Shown here: positions 8,408 to 18,779 of the stretch, in pieces | How positions within the stretch are numbered: position 1 is the first letter of the stretch | Layout of the letters: each line of letters begins with the position of its first letter | Source of the DNA: an uncultured bacterium | Lineage (GTDB): Bacteria > Patescibacteriota > Microgenomatia > Levybacterales > UBA12049 | Assembly (NCBI GenBank): GCA_963826535.1 | Contig: CAWGXL010000010.1 | Coordinates: 234,814-298,813 of the forward strand | DNA length: 64,000 bases | Reading direction: 5' to 3' | Translations under genes and position numbers: made by a program | Notes under the pieces: model-generated | The model's database searches: none | Seen by the model: only the letters and a program-made list of their open reading frames with translations | Told to the model about the DNA's origin: nothing

Positions 8408-10195
8408 ATGAAATGGCGCTATCGATTTAGCTTATTATTTTTTATAATATTTTTTCTAATTATTGATAGCAGATTATATTATTGGCAGGTTGTCCGCGCA
8501 GATGAGTTGTCAGCTATGGGTCAGTCTCAATATGGAGCTGCAGTAAAATTAATTCCCCGCCGGGGTCCAATAAAAGTCTCGGACGGATTTGCAATTGCAA
8601 CAAATAAAATTACATATCTTGTTTTCGCAAATCCAAAGGTAGTAAAAGATAAAGAAAGCGTGGCAAATAAACTTTCTCCACTCTTGCAGATAAAAAGCAG
8701 TACTCTAAGTGCACGATTATCGTTAAATAGTTACTGGTCTCCTCTAAAACCTCAAATAGACGAGAATCTAAAAAACAAAATAGAAGCGCTTAAGCTCGAG
8801 GGAATAGACTTTGAAGAACAACCTAAACGTTTTTATCCCGAAGCGTCAATGGCTGCCAAAATACTAGGCTTTGTTGGAAAAGACAAAAATGGAGATCCTC
8901 AAGGTTACTTCGGTTTGGAAGGCTATTACGATAGACAATTACGCGGCAAAGCCGGCATGGGTATGCGCTTACATGATGCATGGGGCAATCCTATTGTTTC
9001 GAATATGAATAGCATTGCCGACAGGATCGACGGCCGTACGCTCATATTACACACAGACCGTGTTATTCAATATATTTTGGAGCAGGAACTAAAAAACGGA
9101 ATAGCAAAATATGGCGCTGAAAGCGGTATGGCAGGTATTATAGATCCTAAAACCGGTGGGATATTGGCGATGAGCGCATTTCCCGATTATGATCTCAGAA
9201 ATTATCAGGACTTTTCAGACAATCTTTATAAAAATCCGTTTATTTCCGATACTTACGAACCCGGCTCGACTTTCAAGCCATTTATTATGTCCGCAGCGAT
9301 TGACGCCGGAGTTATTAACTCCGATACCATCTGCACGATATGTAGCGGTCCCGTAGAAATTGGCGGCTATACCATCAAGACCTGGAATGACAAATACCAC
9401 GCGAACTCAACCATGACCGATGTTATTCAACACTCTGACAATACCGGAATGGTTTTTGTTGGCAAAAAGCTAGGTTTGGATCGTATGCTGAGTTATATAA
9501 AAAAGTTCGGATTCGACGATTACACAGGAATTGACCTACAGGGAGAGGCATCTCCGGACCTTAGGCCAAGGGACAATTGGTATCCAATTGACCTGGCAAC
9601 AGCTACCTTCGGACAGGGTATTACGGTAACCCCAATTGAATTACTTTCTGCATTTGCTGCGATAGCCAACGAGGGGAAAAGAATGGAGCCCCACATGGTC
9701 GATGCAATAGAAACACCTACAGGTGAAACGATCAAAATTCAACCCAAAGAATTAAGCCGGCCAATTTCTTCAAAAACGGCCAAAATTATGACTGAAATGA
9801 TGGTAAATGCTGTTGAGAACGGTGAAGCACAATGGGTGAGACTCAAAGGTTATAGAATTGCAGGTAAGACCGGTACAGCTCAAATCGCGCTAGCCGGTAA
9901 TTATGACCCAAGTAAAACAATCACTTCTTTTATCGGTTTTGCCCCTGCAGACGAACCAAAATTTGTCATTCTTGTAGTTTTAAATAAACCGTCCACATCT
10001 ATTTATGGATCTGAAACAGCAGCTCCGATATTTTTCAACGTTGCCAAAAAACTACTGACTTATTACAATATACCTCCAACCGGATCAGTAATCTCTACCC
10101 CTGAGCTATTAAAAGTTGTAGCAGACCCCCCACAAGACACACCTACACTTGATCTATCAATTTCACCTGAAGCTACGGAATCAGCCTCCCCTTAG
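8408..10195 (+). CDS. ftsI: Peptidoglycan D,D-transpeptidase FtsI (class B penicillin-binding protein)
   Basis: N-terminal TM helix, STFKP (SxxK), SDN (SxN) and KTGT motifs. 595 aa. Confidence 0.85.
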   Translation: MKWRYRFSLLFFIIFFLIIDSRLYYWQVVRADELSAMGQSQYGAAVKLIPRRGPIKVSDGFAIATNKITYLVFANPKVVKDKESVANKLSPLLQIKSSTLSARLSLNSYWSPLKPQIDENLKNKIEALKLEGIDFEEQPKRFYPEASMAAKILGFVGKDKNGDPQGYFGLEGYYDRQLRGKAGMGMRLHDAWGNPIVSNMNSIADRIDGRTLILHTDRVIQYILEQELKNGIAKYGAESGMAGIIDPKTGGILAMSAFPDYDLRNYQDFSDNLYKNPFISDTYEPGSTFKPFIMSAAIDAGVINSDTICTICSGPVEIGGYTIKTWNDKYHANSTMTDVIQHSDNTGMVFVGKKLGLDRMLSYIKKFGFDDYTGIDLQGEASPDLRPRDNWYPIDLATATFGQGITVTPIELLSAFAAIANEGKRMEPHMVDAIETPTGETIKIQPKELSRPISSKTAKIMTEMMVNAVENGEAQWVRLKGYRIAGKTGTAQIALAGNYDPSKTITSFIGFAPADEPKFVILVVLNKPSTSIYGSETAAPIFFNVAKKLLTYYNIPPTGSVISTPELLKVVADPPQDTPTLDLSISPEATESASP

Positions 10196-10218
10196 ATCCA
10201 TTTAAAAACTAATTACAA

Positions 10219-10734
10219 TCAATTACCTGTTTTCGTTAAAAAATCCTCTAACCCCTTTATAACCATATGAAAACCTATCGGCTGTTTCAATACTTGATTC
10301 CTCGGAAAAAATCGAAAATCCGCAACATCATCATCAGCTTTCAAAATTCCGCTAACAATTTTTGCCGTTACTATAATACCCAGCGTTGGATTAACAATCT
10401 CCTGAAATAAATAGGTGTCTTCATAAACTCCGATAATATTTATCATTTTTACCTCAACGCTTAGCTCCTCCATAATTTCCCTCTTAACTGAATGTTCCAG
10501 GCTTTCCCCTGCTTGTATAAATCCACCAGGAACATCCCAATAACCTTTTTTCGGCTCAATCTTTCGTCTTACCAGCAAAATTTCCTTTTTTTTATTTTCA
10601 ATAATAACACCATTACATGGTATTGGATTTAAATATAATTTAAATCCGCAATGAACACATTGCAACAATTCCTCTTTTATCTCAAGCTTATTTCCACACC
10701 TGTGACAAAATTTATTAGCTTCTCTAGGATCCAT
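10219..10734 (-). CDS. NUDIX hydrolase with N-terminal zinc-ribbon
   Basis: CxxC...CxxC at the N-terminus. NUDIX box GGFIQAGESLEHSVKREIMEELSV. Confidence 0.75.
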   Translation of the reverse strand: MDPREANKFCHRCGNKLEIKEELLQCVHCGFKLYLNPIPCNGVIIENKKKEILLVRRKIEPKKGYWDVPGGFIQAGESLEHSVKREIMEELSVEVKMINIIGVYEDTYLFQEIVNPTLGIIVTAKIVSGILKADDDVADFRFFPRNQVLKQPIGFHMVIKGLEDFLTKTGN

Positions 10735-10735
10735 A

Positions 10736-11065
10736 CTATTTTATTTTTGCGCCGGCTTTAGATTTTGATTTCGCTTTGATAGGTATAGGCTTTACCCCAT
10801 CTGCACACAATAGCATACCCTGTGATTCTTCACCAATAAATTTTCTTGGCTCCAAATTAATAACAAATATAAATTGCTTTCCTTTAAAATCTTCAGGTTT
10901 ATAAATAGGGTACAGACCGGATAAAATATTCCGCTTACCTTCCTCCCCAAAATCCACAGTAAGCCTTAAAAGTTTATCTGCTCCCTCTTTCCGAACGCAA
11001 TCCACTACATCACCTACCCGCAAATCCAATTTAGAAAATTCCTCATAAGTAATAAATGGCTTCAT
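10736..11065 (-). CDS. tRNA-binding domain protein (CsaA/Trbp111/MetG C-terminal-like)
   Basis: MKPFITYEEFSKLDLRVGDVV...DKLLRLTVDFGEEG.RNILSGL matches the OB-fold tRNA-binding domain. Confidence 0.7.
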   Translation of the reverse strand: MKPFITYEEFSKLDLRVGDVVDCVRKEGADKLLRLTVDFGEEGKRNILSGLYPIYKPEDFKGKQFIFVINLEPRKFIGEESQGMLLCADGVKPIPIKAKSKSKAGAKIK

Positions 11066-11079
11066 AAATTAAGATTGTA

Positions 11080-11412
11080 TCAAATAAGCTCCCAAAAATC
11101 ACCAATTTGAATTTTACTTTTCTCTACACTACCAACTGGCAATTCCACAATAAGTGAATAAATTGGATTCCAAACGAAAATCCTGTTTGGTTTCAATTTT
11201 TTCCTTATTCTCACGACCTGTTTCTTCTTATCCAAAACAATTACATCAATAGGAAACTGCATAAAAAAAGTGTGTACCCCAAATCGTGTTTTAAAAATCA
11301 TAACCACAGGCGTTTTAATAAAAATCATTCCAAATATTTTCTGACCTAACGTTGATGCATAAATGGCATTTTTAGAAATAATTGTATGATTGGCATTATT
11401 CGAGATCTTCAT
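11080..11412 (-). CDS. DUF192 domain protein
   Basis: ...GMIF...FWM..IDVIVLDKKKQVVRI...IYSLIVELPVGS...IGD matches the DUF192 (COG1430) pattern. The start is uncertain: ORF track 11487, internal Met 11412. Confidence 0.5.
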   Translation of the reverse strand: MKISNNANHTIISKNAIYASTLGQKIFGMIFIKTPVVMIFKTRFGVHTFFMQFPIDVIVLDKKKQVVRIRKKLKPNRIFVWNPIYSLIVELPVGSVEKSKIQIGDFWELI

Positions 11413-11456
11413 ATAATATTTATTATAGTAAAAATTTGCTATACTATGGTTATCCA

Positions 11457-12035
11457 ATGACTGGAAGAACACACGACCTTGCAGCATTTACTGCCTTAAG
11501 TATAACTGTTATTTTATTACCAATCGATAAAATTACACTTTCGACAGCTATTGTTGCAGTTGTAGCCAATATGATTGGTGGTATTGCCCCTGATATAGAT
11601 CAGCCAACCGCTCCCTTCTGGCGCAATCTACCAATTACCGGATATTTAGGAAGAACATTGACCAGACTTCTTGGTGGACATAGATTTCTCTCCCACTCTG
11701 TAATAGGCATCTTTATTTTCGGGTTTGGATTCCGCTATCTATTGAATATACTGCATCCAAGTTTCCCTCAGCTAAACATGGAAATTATCTGGTGGGCATT
11801 CATGATCGGTTTTGTATCTCATCTCGTTATGGACACATTCACCCGCGAAGGAGTACCATGGCTGCTTCCTGTCCCAATAAAATTTGGCATACCACCTCAT
11901 AAATTTTTCCGCATCACTACCGGCGGATTCATGGAAAGATTTATCCTTTTCCCGGCACTTATTATTTTTAATGGATATTTCTATTTTTCGAATTACTCCA
12001 AAATCCTAGACATATTAAAACACCATTTGAAGTGA
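11457..12035 (+). CDS. Membrane-bound metal-dependent hydrolase, YdjM/DUF457 family
   Basis: MTGRTHDLAAFTALS... and multi-TM with conserved His/Asp (HLVMD). The ORF track starts at TTG 11382; ATG 11457 is preferred. Confidence 0.6.
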   Translation: MTGRTHDLAAFTALSITVILLPIDKITLSTAIVAVVANMIGGIAPDIDQPTAPFWRNLPITGYLGRTLTRLLGGHRFLSHSVIGIFIFGFGFRYLLNILHPSFPQLNMEIIWWAFMIGFVSHLVMDTFTREGVPWLLPVPIKFGIPPHKFFRITTGGFMERFILFPALIIFNGYFYFSNYSKILDILKHHLK

Positions 12036-12052
12036 GCATTTTATAAAATCCT

Positions 12053-13246
12053 ATGTGGCAGGACATAAAAAATATTTACCATCTACTCCAAGCTATATAT
12101 GCCAACATAATAAATGGTTACCCTTCAAGAGGATTAACTATAATTGGCGTTACAGGAACAGATGGAAAAACTACAACCTCATTTATGATTTATCATATCC
12201 TAAGAGCTGCAGGCTTTAAAACCGCCCTCATCTCATCAGTCGCGGCTATCATTGACGGGAAAGAATATGATACCGGTTTTCATGTCACTAACCCAGATTC
12301 GTTACATTTACAACCATACATTAAAATGGCCCGAAATAAAGGTATTAAATATTTAATTATCGAAACAACCTCAATGGGCTTGCATCAGAACCGTGTTTTT
12401 GGTATACCTTTTAGTATCGCCGTTCTCACCAACATAACAAACGAACATCTCGACTACCATAAAACCTATCAGAATTATGTGAAAGCCAAAGCGCGCCTTT
12501 TCCAAGTCGCGAAAACTTCGATCATTAATGCCGATGATAAATCTTATTCTTATATAGTTCCATACATCCGGAATAAAAAAGTTATTACGTATGGAATGAA
12601 TAAAAACGCCGAAATAAATCCGATCGTCTTCCCATTTAAAACCAAACTACTTGGTAGTTTCAATACATACAATGCGCTTGCGGCTATTGCAGTCGCAAAG
12701 GATTTGAATATAAACGATGCGACTATAACCAAAGCTTTACTTTCATTTACAGCTCCAACTGGCCGCGTAGAAATTGTCTACAATAAGGACTTTAAGGTAA
12801 TTATTGATTTCGCCCACACCCCCGGATCTTTTAAAGCAGTACTTCCTGATATAAGCAAAATGAAAACAGGCCGTCTTATCCATGTTTTTGGCTCAGCCGG
12901 CCAGCGTGATAAATATAAACGGCCCGAAATGGGCAATATCTCATCAATTTACGCTGAGATCATTATCCTTACAGCCGAAGATCCTAGATCTGAATCTGTT
13001 GAAGAAATTATTTCTGAAATAGAGAAGGGTATAAATTCCAAATTCGACAAAAAAAACTTATTTATAATCCCCGATAGAAAAGAAGCTATTAAAAAAGCCG
13101 TTGATTTAGCTAAATACGGAGATATTATATTAACTACAGGTAAAGCACATGAAAGCTCCATGAATTATGGCAAAGGAGAAGAACCATGGAGTGAACATGA
13201 AGCTGTAAATGAAGCAATTAAAAAAAGAATGGTAAAAATTAAATAG
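12053..13246 (+). CDS. murE: Mur ligase family protein, MurE-like, lacking the usual N-terminal domain
   Basis: P-loop GVTGTDGKTTT, middle-domain NITNEHLDYH and C-terminal DFAHTPGSF (cf. MurE DYAHTPDAL). 397 aa, against about 490 for typical MurE. Confidence 0.6.
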   Translation: MWQDIKNIYHLLQAIYANIINGYPSRGLTIIGVTGTDGKTTTSFMIYHILRAAGFKTALISSVAAIIDGKEYDTGFHVTNPDSLHLQPYIKMARNKGIKYLIIETTSMGLHQNRVFGIPFSIAVLTNITNEHLDYHKTYQNYVKAKARLFQVAKTSIINADDKSYSYIVPYIRNKKVITYGMNKNAEINPIVFPFKTKLLGSFNTYNALAAIAVAKDLNINDATITKALLSFTAPTGRVEIVYNKDFKVIIDFAHTPGSFKAVLPDISKMKTGRLIHVFGSAGQRDKYKRPEMGNISSIYAEIIILTAEDPRSESVEEIISEIEKGINSKFDKKNLFIIPDRKEAIKKAVDLAKYGDIILTTGKAHESSMNYGKGEEPWSEHEAVNEAIKKRMVKIK

Positions 13247-13247
13247 T

Positions 13248-13976
13248 ATGATACATTTTGACACCTCTAATTTTAAAACGTTTTCACAATATCCAAATTT
13301 AGTTAGCGCTTATTCGACCCGGTCTTCAGGATCTATGAAAGATCATGGCATAATCAATTTTCAAGTTATTAATTCTTTTCTTACGAAATTTAAAATCTCA
13401 TCAGACAGACTTGTTTTATCAGAACAAGTACATGGTGGTGATATTGAAATCTTAGATAATGTTCCAACAGAAAAAATCATCCAAAAAGTTGATGGTTTGA
13501 TTACTTCAAAAAGAAATATTTTTCTGGGAATAATAACAGCCGACTGTTTTCCAATACTATTTTATGATAGAAATAAAAAGATAATTGGCGCAGCTCATGC
13601 CGGCTATAAAGGCTTAAGCAAACTGATAATTAAACATATGATAGATGAATTAAAAAATTTAGGAAGTAATCTCAAAGATTTAATTGTCTATATTGGTCCA
13701 GGAATCGGGCTTTGTTGCTATTTAGTATCACAAAAGAGAATTGAGATGTTTAATAAAGTATTTCCGTCATATCAAAATTGGTATCAAAAGAAAAAGGATT
13801 TATTTTTTTTAGATTTGAAAAAAATTGCGTATCTAAATCTTAAAGAACAAGGGATACTTATTAAGAACATCAATATCTCAGAAATTTGTACAAGCGATCA
13901 TATTGACACTTTTTTTTCTTACCGCAAAGAAGGAGAATCTGCCGGAAGATTTATCAGTATTATTGGAATGACATGA
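13248..13976 (+). CDS. pgeF: Peptidoglycan editing factor PgeF (YfiH/DUF152, purine nucleoside phosphorylase/laccase-like)
   Basis: TADCFPILFYD...GAAHAGYKGL...C motifs of the YfiH family. Located between Mur ligases. Confidence 0.7.
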   Translation: MIHFDTSNFKTFSQYPNLVSAYSTRSSGSMKDHGIINFQVINSFLTKFKISSDRLVLSEQVHGGDIEILDNVPTEKIIQKVDGLITSKRNIFLGIITADCFPILFYDRNKKIIGAAHAGYKGLSKLIIKHMIDELKNLGSNLKDLIVYIGPGIGLCCYLVSQKRIEMFNKVFPSYQNWYQKKKDLFFLDLKKIAYLNLKEQGILIKNINISEICTSDHIDTFFSYRKEGESAGRFISIIGMT

Positions 13977-15394
13977 AAAAGAAAAAGAAATACATTCACT
14001 TTACAGGTATCAAAGGTGTCGGCATGACCCCACTTGCCATTATAGCCAAAGAAGCCGGATTTACTGTTACCGGATCAGATATAGATGAAGAATTCATCAC
14101 AGATGTTGCCTTAAAAAATGCAGGAATTAGTCCGTTAATTGGATTTTCAAAAGATCATATCAATAAACAAGATTTAGTCATAACCACAGGTGCGCACAAT
14201 GGATTTGATAATATCGAAGTTAAGAGAGCCAAAGAATTAGGTATAGAAGTCCTTACTGCCGGGGAAGCTGTAGGGATTTTTATGGACGGCAAAATTTTCA
14301 ACAAAAAATACCGTGGTATCTCTATTGCAGGAACTCACGGGAAGACAACCACAACAGGCATGTTAGCAACAATTCTTAAAGAAAACCGTTTTGACCCATC
14401 ATATGTTATAGGAACCGGGAACGTTGTCTCCCTAGGCGCACCCGGACGATTCGGTCGCGGCAAATACTTCGTCGCCGAAGCCGACGAATATGCCACAGAA
14501 CCCAATTATGATAAAACACCCAGATTTCTCTGGCAGCACCCGCAAATTGCCATTTTCACCAACATCGAATTTGACCACCCGGATGTATACGCCACTCTTG
14601 AAGCTATCCGCTTTGCATTTTTAAAATTTGCCAACCAACTTCCAACGAACGGAGTTTTAATTGCCTGTGGTGATGATCGCCAAATTCAAAAATTAATTAA
14701 AGAATACAACAAGCCAAATATAACCTACGGATTTTCACCTGACAATAATTATGTCATAACCAAAGTTAGCATTTCAGGCGATCATATGTTTTTTTGGGTA
14801 AGCGCGTACGGTAAAAATATAGGTGAATTTATGCTAAAAGTTATAGGCGAGCATAATGCGCTAAATGCGCTTGCTGCCTTTATAGCTGCAACTGAAGCAG
14901 GCGTGTCTCTGGAGAAAGCCAGATCGGCGCTTCAGGCGTTTACAGGATCAAAAAGAAGATTAGAATATGTTGGCGAGCTCTTATCTGGAGCAAAAATCTA
15001 TGATGATTACGCCCATCACCCCACTGAAATTGAGAAAACTCTCCTCGCGCTGCGAAAGCAATATCCGAAGAAAAAAATAACCTGTTTTTTTCAACCACAT
15101 ACGTTTTTAAGAACAAAAAAACTATTCGATGACTTTTTAAGAGCATTTGAATTCGTTGATACTGTAGTAGTAACCAATATCTATCCATCTCTTCGTGAAC
15201 AATTTGACCCGACAGTTTCTTCAAAAATCCTAGCTGTGTCAATGGAAAAATTCCATAAAGAAGTTATTTACCTCCCTAAATTAACCGATATAACAGATTT
15301 TATCAATCAAAAAAAATTCCGCTCCGATACTATAATAGTTACTATGGGCGCCGGCGACATTTATAAAATAAATAATAATCTCAAGTTTAAATAA
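13973..15394 (+). CDS. murC: UDP-N-acetylmuramate--L-alanine ligase MurC
   Basis: N-terminus IHFTGIKGVGMTPLAIIAKEAGFTVTGSD, P-loop GTHGKTTTT, Mur ligase domains. 4-bp overlap with pgeF. Confidence 0.85.
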   Translation: MKKKKKYIHFTGIKGVGMTPLAIIAKEAGFTVTGSDIDEEFITDVALKNAGISPLIGFSKDHINKQDLVITTGAHNGFDNIEVKRAKELGIEVLTAGEAVGIFMDGKIFNKKYRGISIAGTHGKTTTTGMLATILKENRFDPSYVIGTGNVVSLGAPGRFGRGKYFVAEADEYATEPNYDKTPRFLWQHPQIAIFTNIEFDHPDVYATLEAIRFAFLKFANQLPTNGVLIACGDDRQIQKLIKEYNKPNITYGFSPDNNYVITKVSISGDHMFFWVSAYGKNIGEFMLKVIGEHNALNALAAFIAATEAGVSLEKARSALQAFTGSKRRLEYVGELLSGAKIYDDYAHHPTEIEKTLLALRKQYPKKKITCFFQPHTFLRTKKLFDDFLRAFEFVDTVVVTNIYPSLREQFDPTVSSKILAVSMEKFHKEVIYLPKLTDITDFINQKKFRSDTIIVTMGAGDIYKINNNLKFK

Positions 15395-15421
15395 GTAAAC
15401 TGACACCTAACTGACGGAGAA

Positions 15422-15562
15422 TTGTCATTCCGAGCGACCAAAGGGAGTCGAGGCGACACCAAGAAGTGGATAGTACCCTTGTGGTGAATCTCATACCACA
15501 TATCTACTTGGTGGCTTGAGATCCCTCCACTACGCTATCGCTTCGGTCGGGATGACAGGGTG
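15422..15562. repeat. Family-1 MITE-like element, long copy (TTGTCATTCCGAGCGA...GAGATCCCTCCACTACGCTATCGCTTCGGTCGGGATGACAGGG)
   Basis: About 140 bp. The 3' 40 nt are nearly identical to the copy at 46417-46457. A TATAAT box follows directly at 15563-15568, upstream of the murB-like gene. Confidence 0.8.
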
Positions 15563-15583
15563 TATAATATGAATCATTAATCT

Positions 15584-16237
15584 ATGAACAACTGGCAGGA
15601 GTTCGCCGATTTAATCGGAAATAATAGAATAAAAGAAAACGAACACGCAAAATTAAATGTAGACGTTGAAAGGATTGAGGATCTAATATTTATATCCAAA
15701 CAAGCTGCAATCCACAAAATACCTCTTTTCATAATAGGAACGGGTTCTTTGACCAATTTACCAACAGGTCAACTAAACGGACTACTCATAAAAAACAATT
15801 GCCGCAAATTTGAAATATTTGTGATGTCAGGAAAGAAGCGCGAAGGACAGATGGGAACAATCAACACTTTAGTATATGCTGAATCCGGAACAATTATGAA
15901 TCAGCTTGTACGGTTTACTATAGAAGAGGGTTACAGCGGACTGGAATATCACTTAGGACTACCAGGCACAGTTGGCGGTGCCATTTACACCAACGCCAGA
16001 TACACTCCCAAAAATATTTATCTCAATGACAATGTCGGGAAAATTAGAATACTAAATAAAGATGGCCACATCCAAGAAGTCCACAGAGACTATTTTATCT
16101 CCCGCGCGAAAAGTAATTTCTCTGAACTCGAAAATATTATTCTTTCAGCAGTTTTCCACTTAGTTCCTGAAGATAAAAAACTACTCTGGCAAAGAGCCAA
16201 CGAAGCAGCAGAGTATAGAAGTAGACTAATTTCGTAG
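15584..16237 (+). CDS. murB: UDP-N-acetylenolpyruvoylglucosamine reductase MurB-like, shortened (217 aa)
   Basis: FIIGTGSL(T)NL (cf. GGGSNLL) and GLPGTVGGAIYTNARY (cf. GIPGSVGGAVxMNAGAYG). The C-terminal substrate domain is truncated relative to a 300-aa MurB. Confidence 0.55.
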   Translation: MNNWQEFADLIGNNRIKENEHAKLNVDVERIEDLIFISKQAAIHKIPLFIIGTGSLTNLPTGQLNGLLIKNNCRKFEIFVMSGKKREGQMGTINTLVYAESGTIMNQLVRFTIEEGYSGLEYHLGLPGTVGGAIYTNARYTPKNIYLNDNVGKIRILNKDGHIQEVHRDYFISRAKSNFSELENIILSAVFHLVPEDKKLLWQRANEAAEYRSRLIS

Positions 16238-16249
16238 TATAATATCTTT

Positions 16250-17284
16250 ATGGGAGAACTCGAACAATCACATTCTCCACCAGACAAACCCCAACAAAAA
16301 GAAAAGGGTTTAGAAATAAGCTTCTCAAATGAATCAGCTTCTGCTGTATTCCGTAATCTTGAATTAAATGCTGAAAATCCCACATCACCAGAAGTTAGAT
16401 TAACTGTAGAAAAAAGACCGATTACAATAAAAGAAGGAAAAAGTTATGGTACCTATGCTGTTTTAATTGATAATGAATCTGAGAGGATGAGAGCTCTCAC
16501 ACAGAAAGCAGAAACCCTTTTAGAACTACCAGAGAAAGAACGCCTTGCAAAAGTTCTCGATATTTTGCGGGGTAATGTGCACTACGCCTACAATGATGTT
16601 GTAGGAAAATTGTCTGAAACAAACCCAGAATTAGCAAAATGGGTAGCGGAAAATACCAGTCTCAATGCTTCATCAGTTACCAATGTTCCCCTTTCCGAAA
16701 TTATTGAAAAAAGATATGGTGTATGCAGACACTTAGCTGTGGCTTATTTATGGTTAGCACAAAAAGCTGGATTAAAAGGCATTATCTTGAATAGCGATTT
16801 GGGCGTAATAAAAAATATTCAGAGAAGTGATACAAAGGAAAAATTATTTAAATCAGTTGACATTGGAAAATCGGCGCCCGCGCACTCATGGGTTGAAATC
16901 AAAACAAGTGATGGGCAATGGATACCTGTTGATCCATCAACAAAACTCGTTGGTGATTCAGAGGAGAGACTAACCATGTTTAAAGAAGCAAACTATATGG
17001 CTTATGGGAATCTAGGCTTGGATATTGAATCGGAACCAGGAGGAGAGCTTTCCACAAAAGGAAAATCCATTATTTTTGCTCCAGCAGAAGCAAAAGCCTC
17101 TGGCACTTATTCTCTTGAACTAAAAAGCACAAAACCTACAATAATAATTAGAGGAGAAAACTTGCCACCTACTAACTTCCCATTTTCAGGTGAGGGAAGA
17201 TTAAACATAAATACAACCGAACAATTTGGAAGCATGGCTTTGGATATTGTTGATGTTAAAGAAGAGAAAACATTTCCCGTCTAA
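16250..17284 (+). CDS. Transglutaminase-like cysteine protease superfamily protein
   Basis: Cys-His-Asp triad context: YGVCRHLAVAYLWLAQ, HSWVEIK and IPVDPS. Confidence 0.65.
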   Translation: MGELEQSHSPPDKPQQKEKGLEISFSNESASAVFRNLELNAENPTSPEVRLTVEKRPITIKEGKSYGTYAVLIDNESERMRALTQKAETLLELPEKERLAKVLDILRGNVHYAYNDVVGKLSETNPELAKWVAENTSLNASSVTNVPLSEIIEKRYGVCRHLAVAYLWLAQKAGLKGIILNSDLGVIKNIQRSDTKEKLFKSVDIGKSAPAHSWVEIKTSDGQWIPVDPSTKLVGDSEERLTMFKEANYMAYGNLGLDIESEPGGELSTKGKSIIFAPAEAKASGTYSLELKSTKPTIIIRGENLPPTNFPFSGEGRLNINTTEQFGSMALDIVDVKEEKTFPV

Positions 17285-17453
17285 GAAAAACTTGAAATCG
17301 CCATTTTCTAGATTTAACCATCAGAACATATTCCAAACGTGCAAACCTGAAATATTCAAGAAATGCCTGTCATAGGAAATAAATTAAGAGGTTGTTTCTA
17401 GAACTTGTGCATAAAGAATTTGTGCAATATTTATAGTATAATATAGGTTCAAT

Positions 17454-18779
17454 ATGGAAAAACTAATTGTAACAGGAGGAAATAAGCTCAAAGGAACGGT
17501 CAAAGTTTCCGGTGCGAAAAACGTCGCCCTGAAAACCCTCATCGCCGCTTGTCTTACAGACGAAGAAATTACAATTAAAAATGTTCCTCTTATATCGGAT
17601 TTCTTCACTATGATAGAGATAATAAAAGGATTAGGTGGAAATGTCAGGCTGACAGATCACACTGCGCGTATCCAAATTAAAAAAATCAAAAACCACAAGC
17701 TTTCTCTCGATATTGCGGCCCGTATTCGTACCTCATTCATGTTTATTGTCCCTTTATTACTTCGCTCCCATCATGCAGTCATTCCCAATCCTGGCGGCTG
17801 TAGGCTTGGAGCTAGACCGGTAGATAGATTAGTTGATGGTTTGAAAAAGATGGGTGCAAATATTACCTACAACCACGAGGATGGATTTTTTTATACCAAA
17901 GCAACAAAACTACATGGATCAGATTATACATTTAAGAAAAACACTCATATGGGCACAGAAACACTTCTTTTAGCAGCTGTGTTAGCCGAAGGTAAAACAA
18001 TTTTGAAAAACGCTGCAGAAGAACCTGAAATAGATGAGCTGATCGAACTTCTCAATAACATGGGAGCAGATATAAAACGAAACGGCAAAAGAATAATTGA
18101 AATAAATGGTGTGAAGAAATTACACAGCGCGGTTTATACTATCGGACCGGACCGAAATGAAATTGTTACATTTGCTTGTGCCGCTCTGATTACGCGCGGA
18201 GATATCTTTATAAAAGGAGCAAAAAAGGAGTATATCTCAGAATTTTTGGATAAATTGAAAATTGCCGGAGGTGGTATAGATGAAAAAAGAGATGGATTGC
18301 GTTTTTATTACAAAGGCCCATTAAATGCAGTTGATATTGAGACTAAGCCATATCCCGGATTTATGACTGATTGGCAGGCGCCTTGGGGTGTTCTTATGAC
18401 ACAAGCAAAAGGCGAGAGTATAATTCATGAAACTGTCTTTGAAAATAAACTAGACTATATCAAAGAACTCCAAAAAATGGGAGGAGTGGCAAAGCTTTTT
18501 AACCCCAAAATCGCGCGTCCCGAAGATGTCTACAACTTCAACCTATCGGATGACAAGTCCAAATATTTCCATGCTGTGAAAATCAAAGGTCTGACCACAC
18601 TGCATAACGCGATTATAACTATGTGGGATATTAGGGCCGGCGCCGCTGTTTTACTCGCCGCCCTCAACGCGAAAGGCACATCAAACATATATGATATAGA
18701 AAAATTAGACAGAGGTTATGAAAATTTCGAAAAAAGAATGATACAATTAGGAGCAAAGATAAAGAGAATTACAAAATGA
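17454..18779 (+). CDS. murA: UDP-N-acetylglucosamine 1-carboxyvinyltransferase MurA
   Basis: MEKLIVTGGNKLKGTVKVSGAKNVALKTLIAACL... is the canonical MurA N-terminus. 441 aa. Confidence 0.9.
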   Translation: MEKLIVTGGNKLKGTVKVSGAKNVALKTLIAACLTDEEITIKNVPLISDFFTMIEIIKGLGGNVRLTDHTARIQIKKIKNHKLSLDIAARIRTSFMFIVPLLLRSHHAVIPNPGGCRLGARPVDRLVDGLKKMGANITYNHEDGFFYTKATKLHGSDYTFKKNTHMGTETLLLAAVLAEGKTILKNAAEEPEIDELIELLNNMGADIKRNGKRIIEINGVKKLHSAVYTIGPDRNEIVTFACAALITRGDIFIKGAKKEYISEFLDKLKIAGGGIDEKRDGLRFYYKGPLNAVDIETKPYPGFMTDWQAPWGVLMTQAKGESIIHETVFENKLDYIKELQKMGGVAKLFNPKIARPEDVYNFNLSDDKSKYFHAVKIKGLTTLHNAIITMWDIRAGAAVLLAALNAKGTSNIYDIEKLDRGYENFEKRMIQLGAKIKRITK

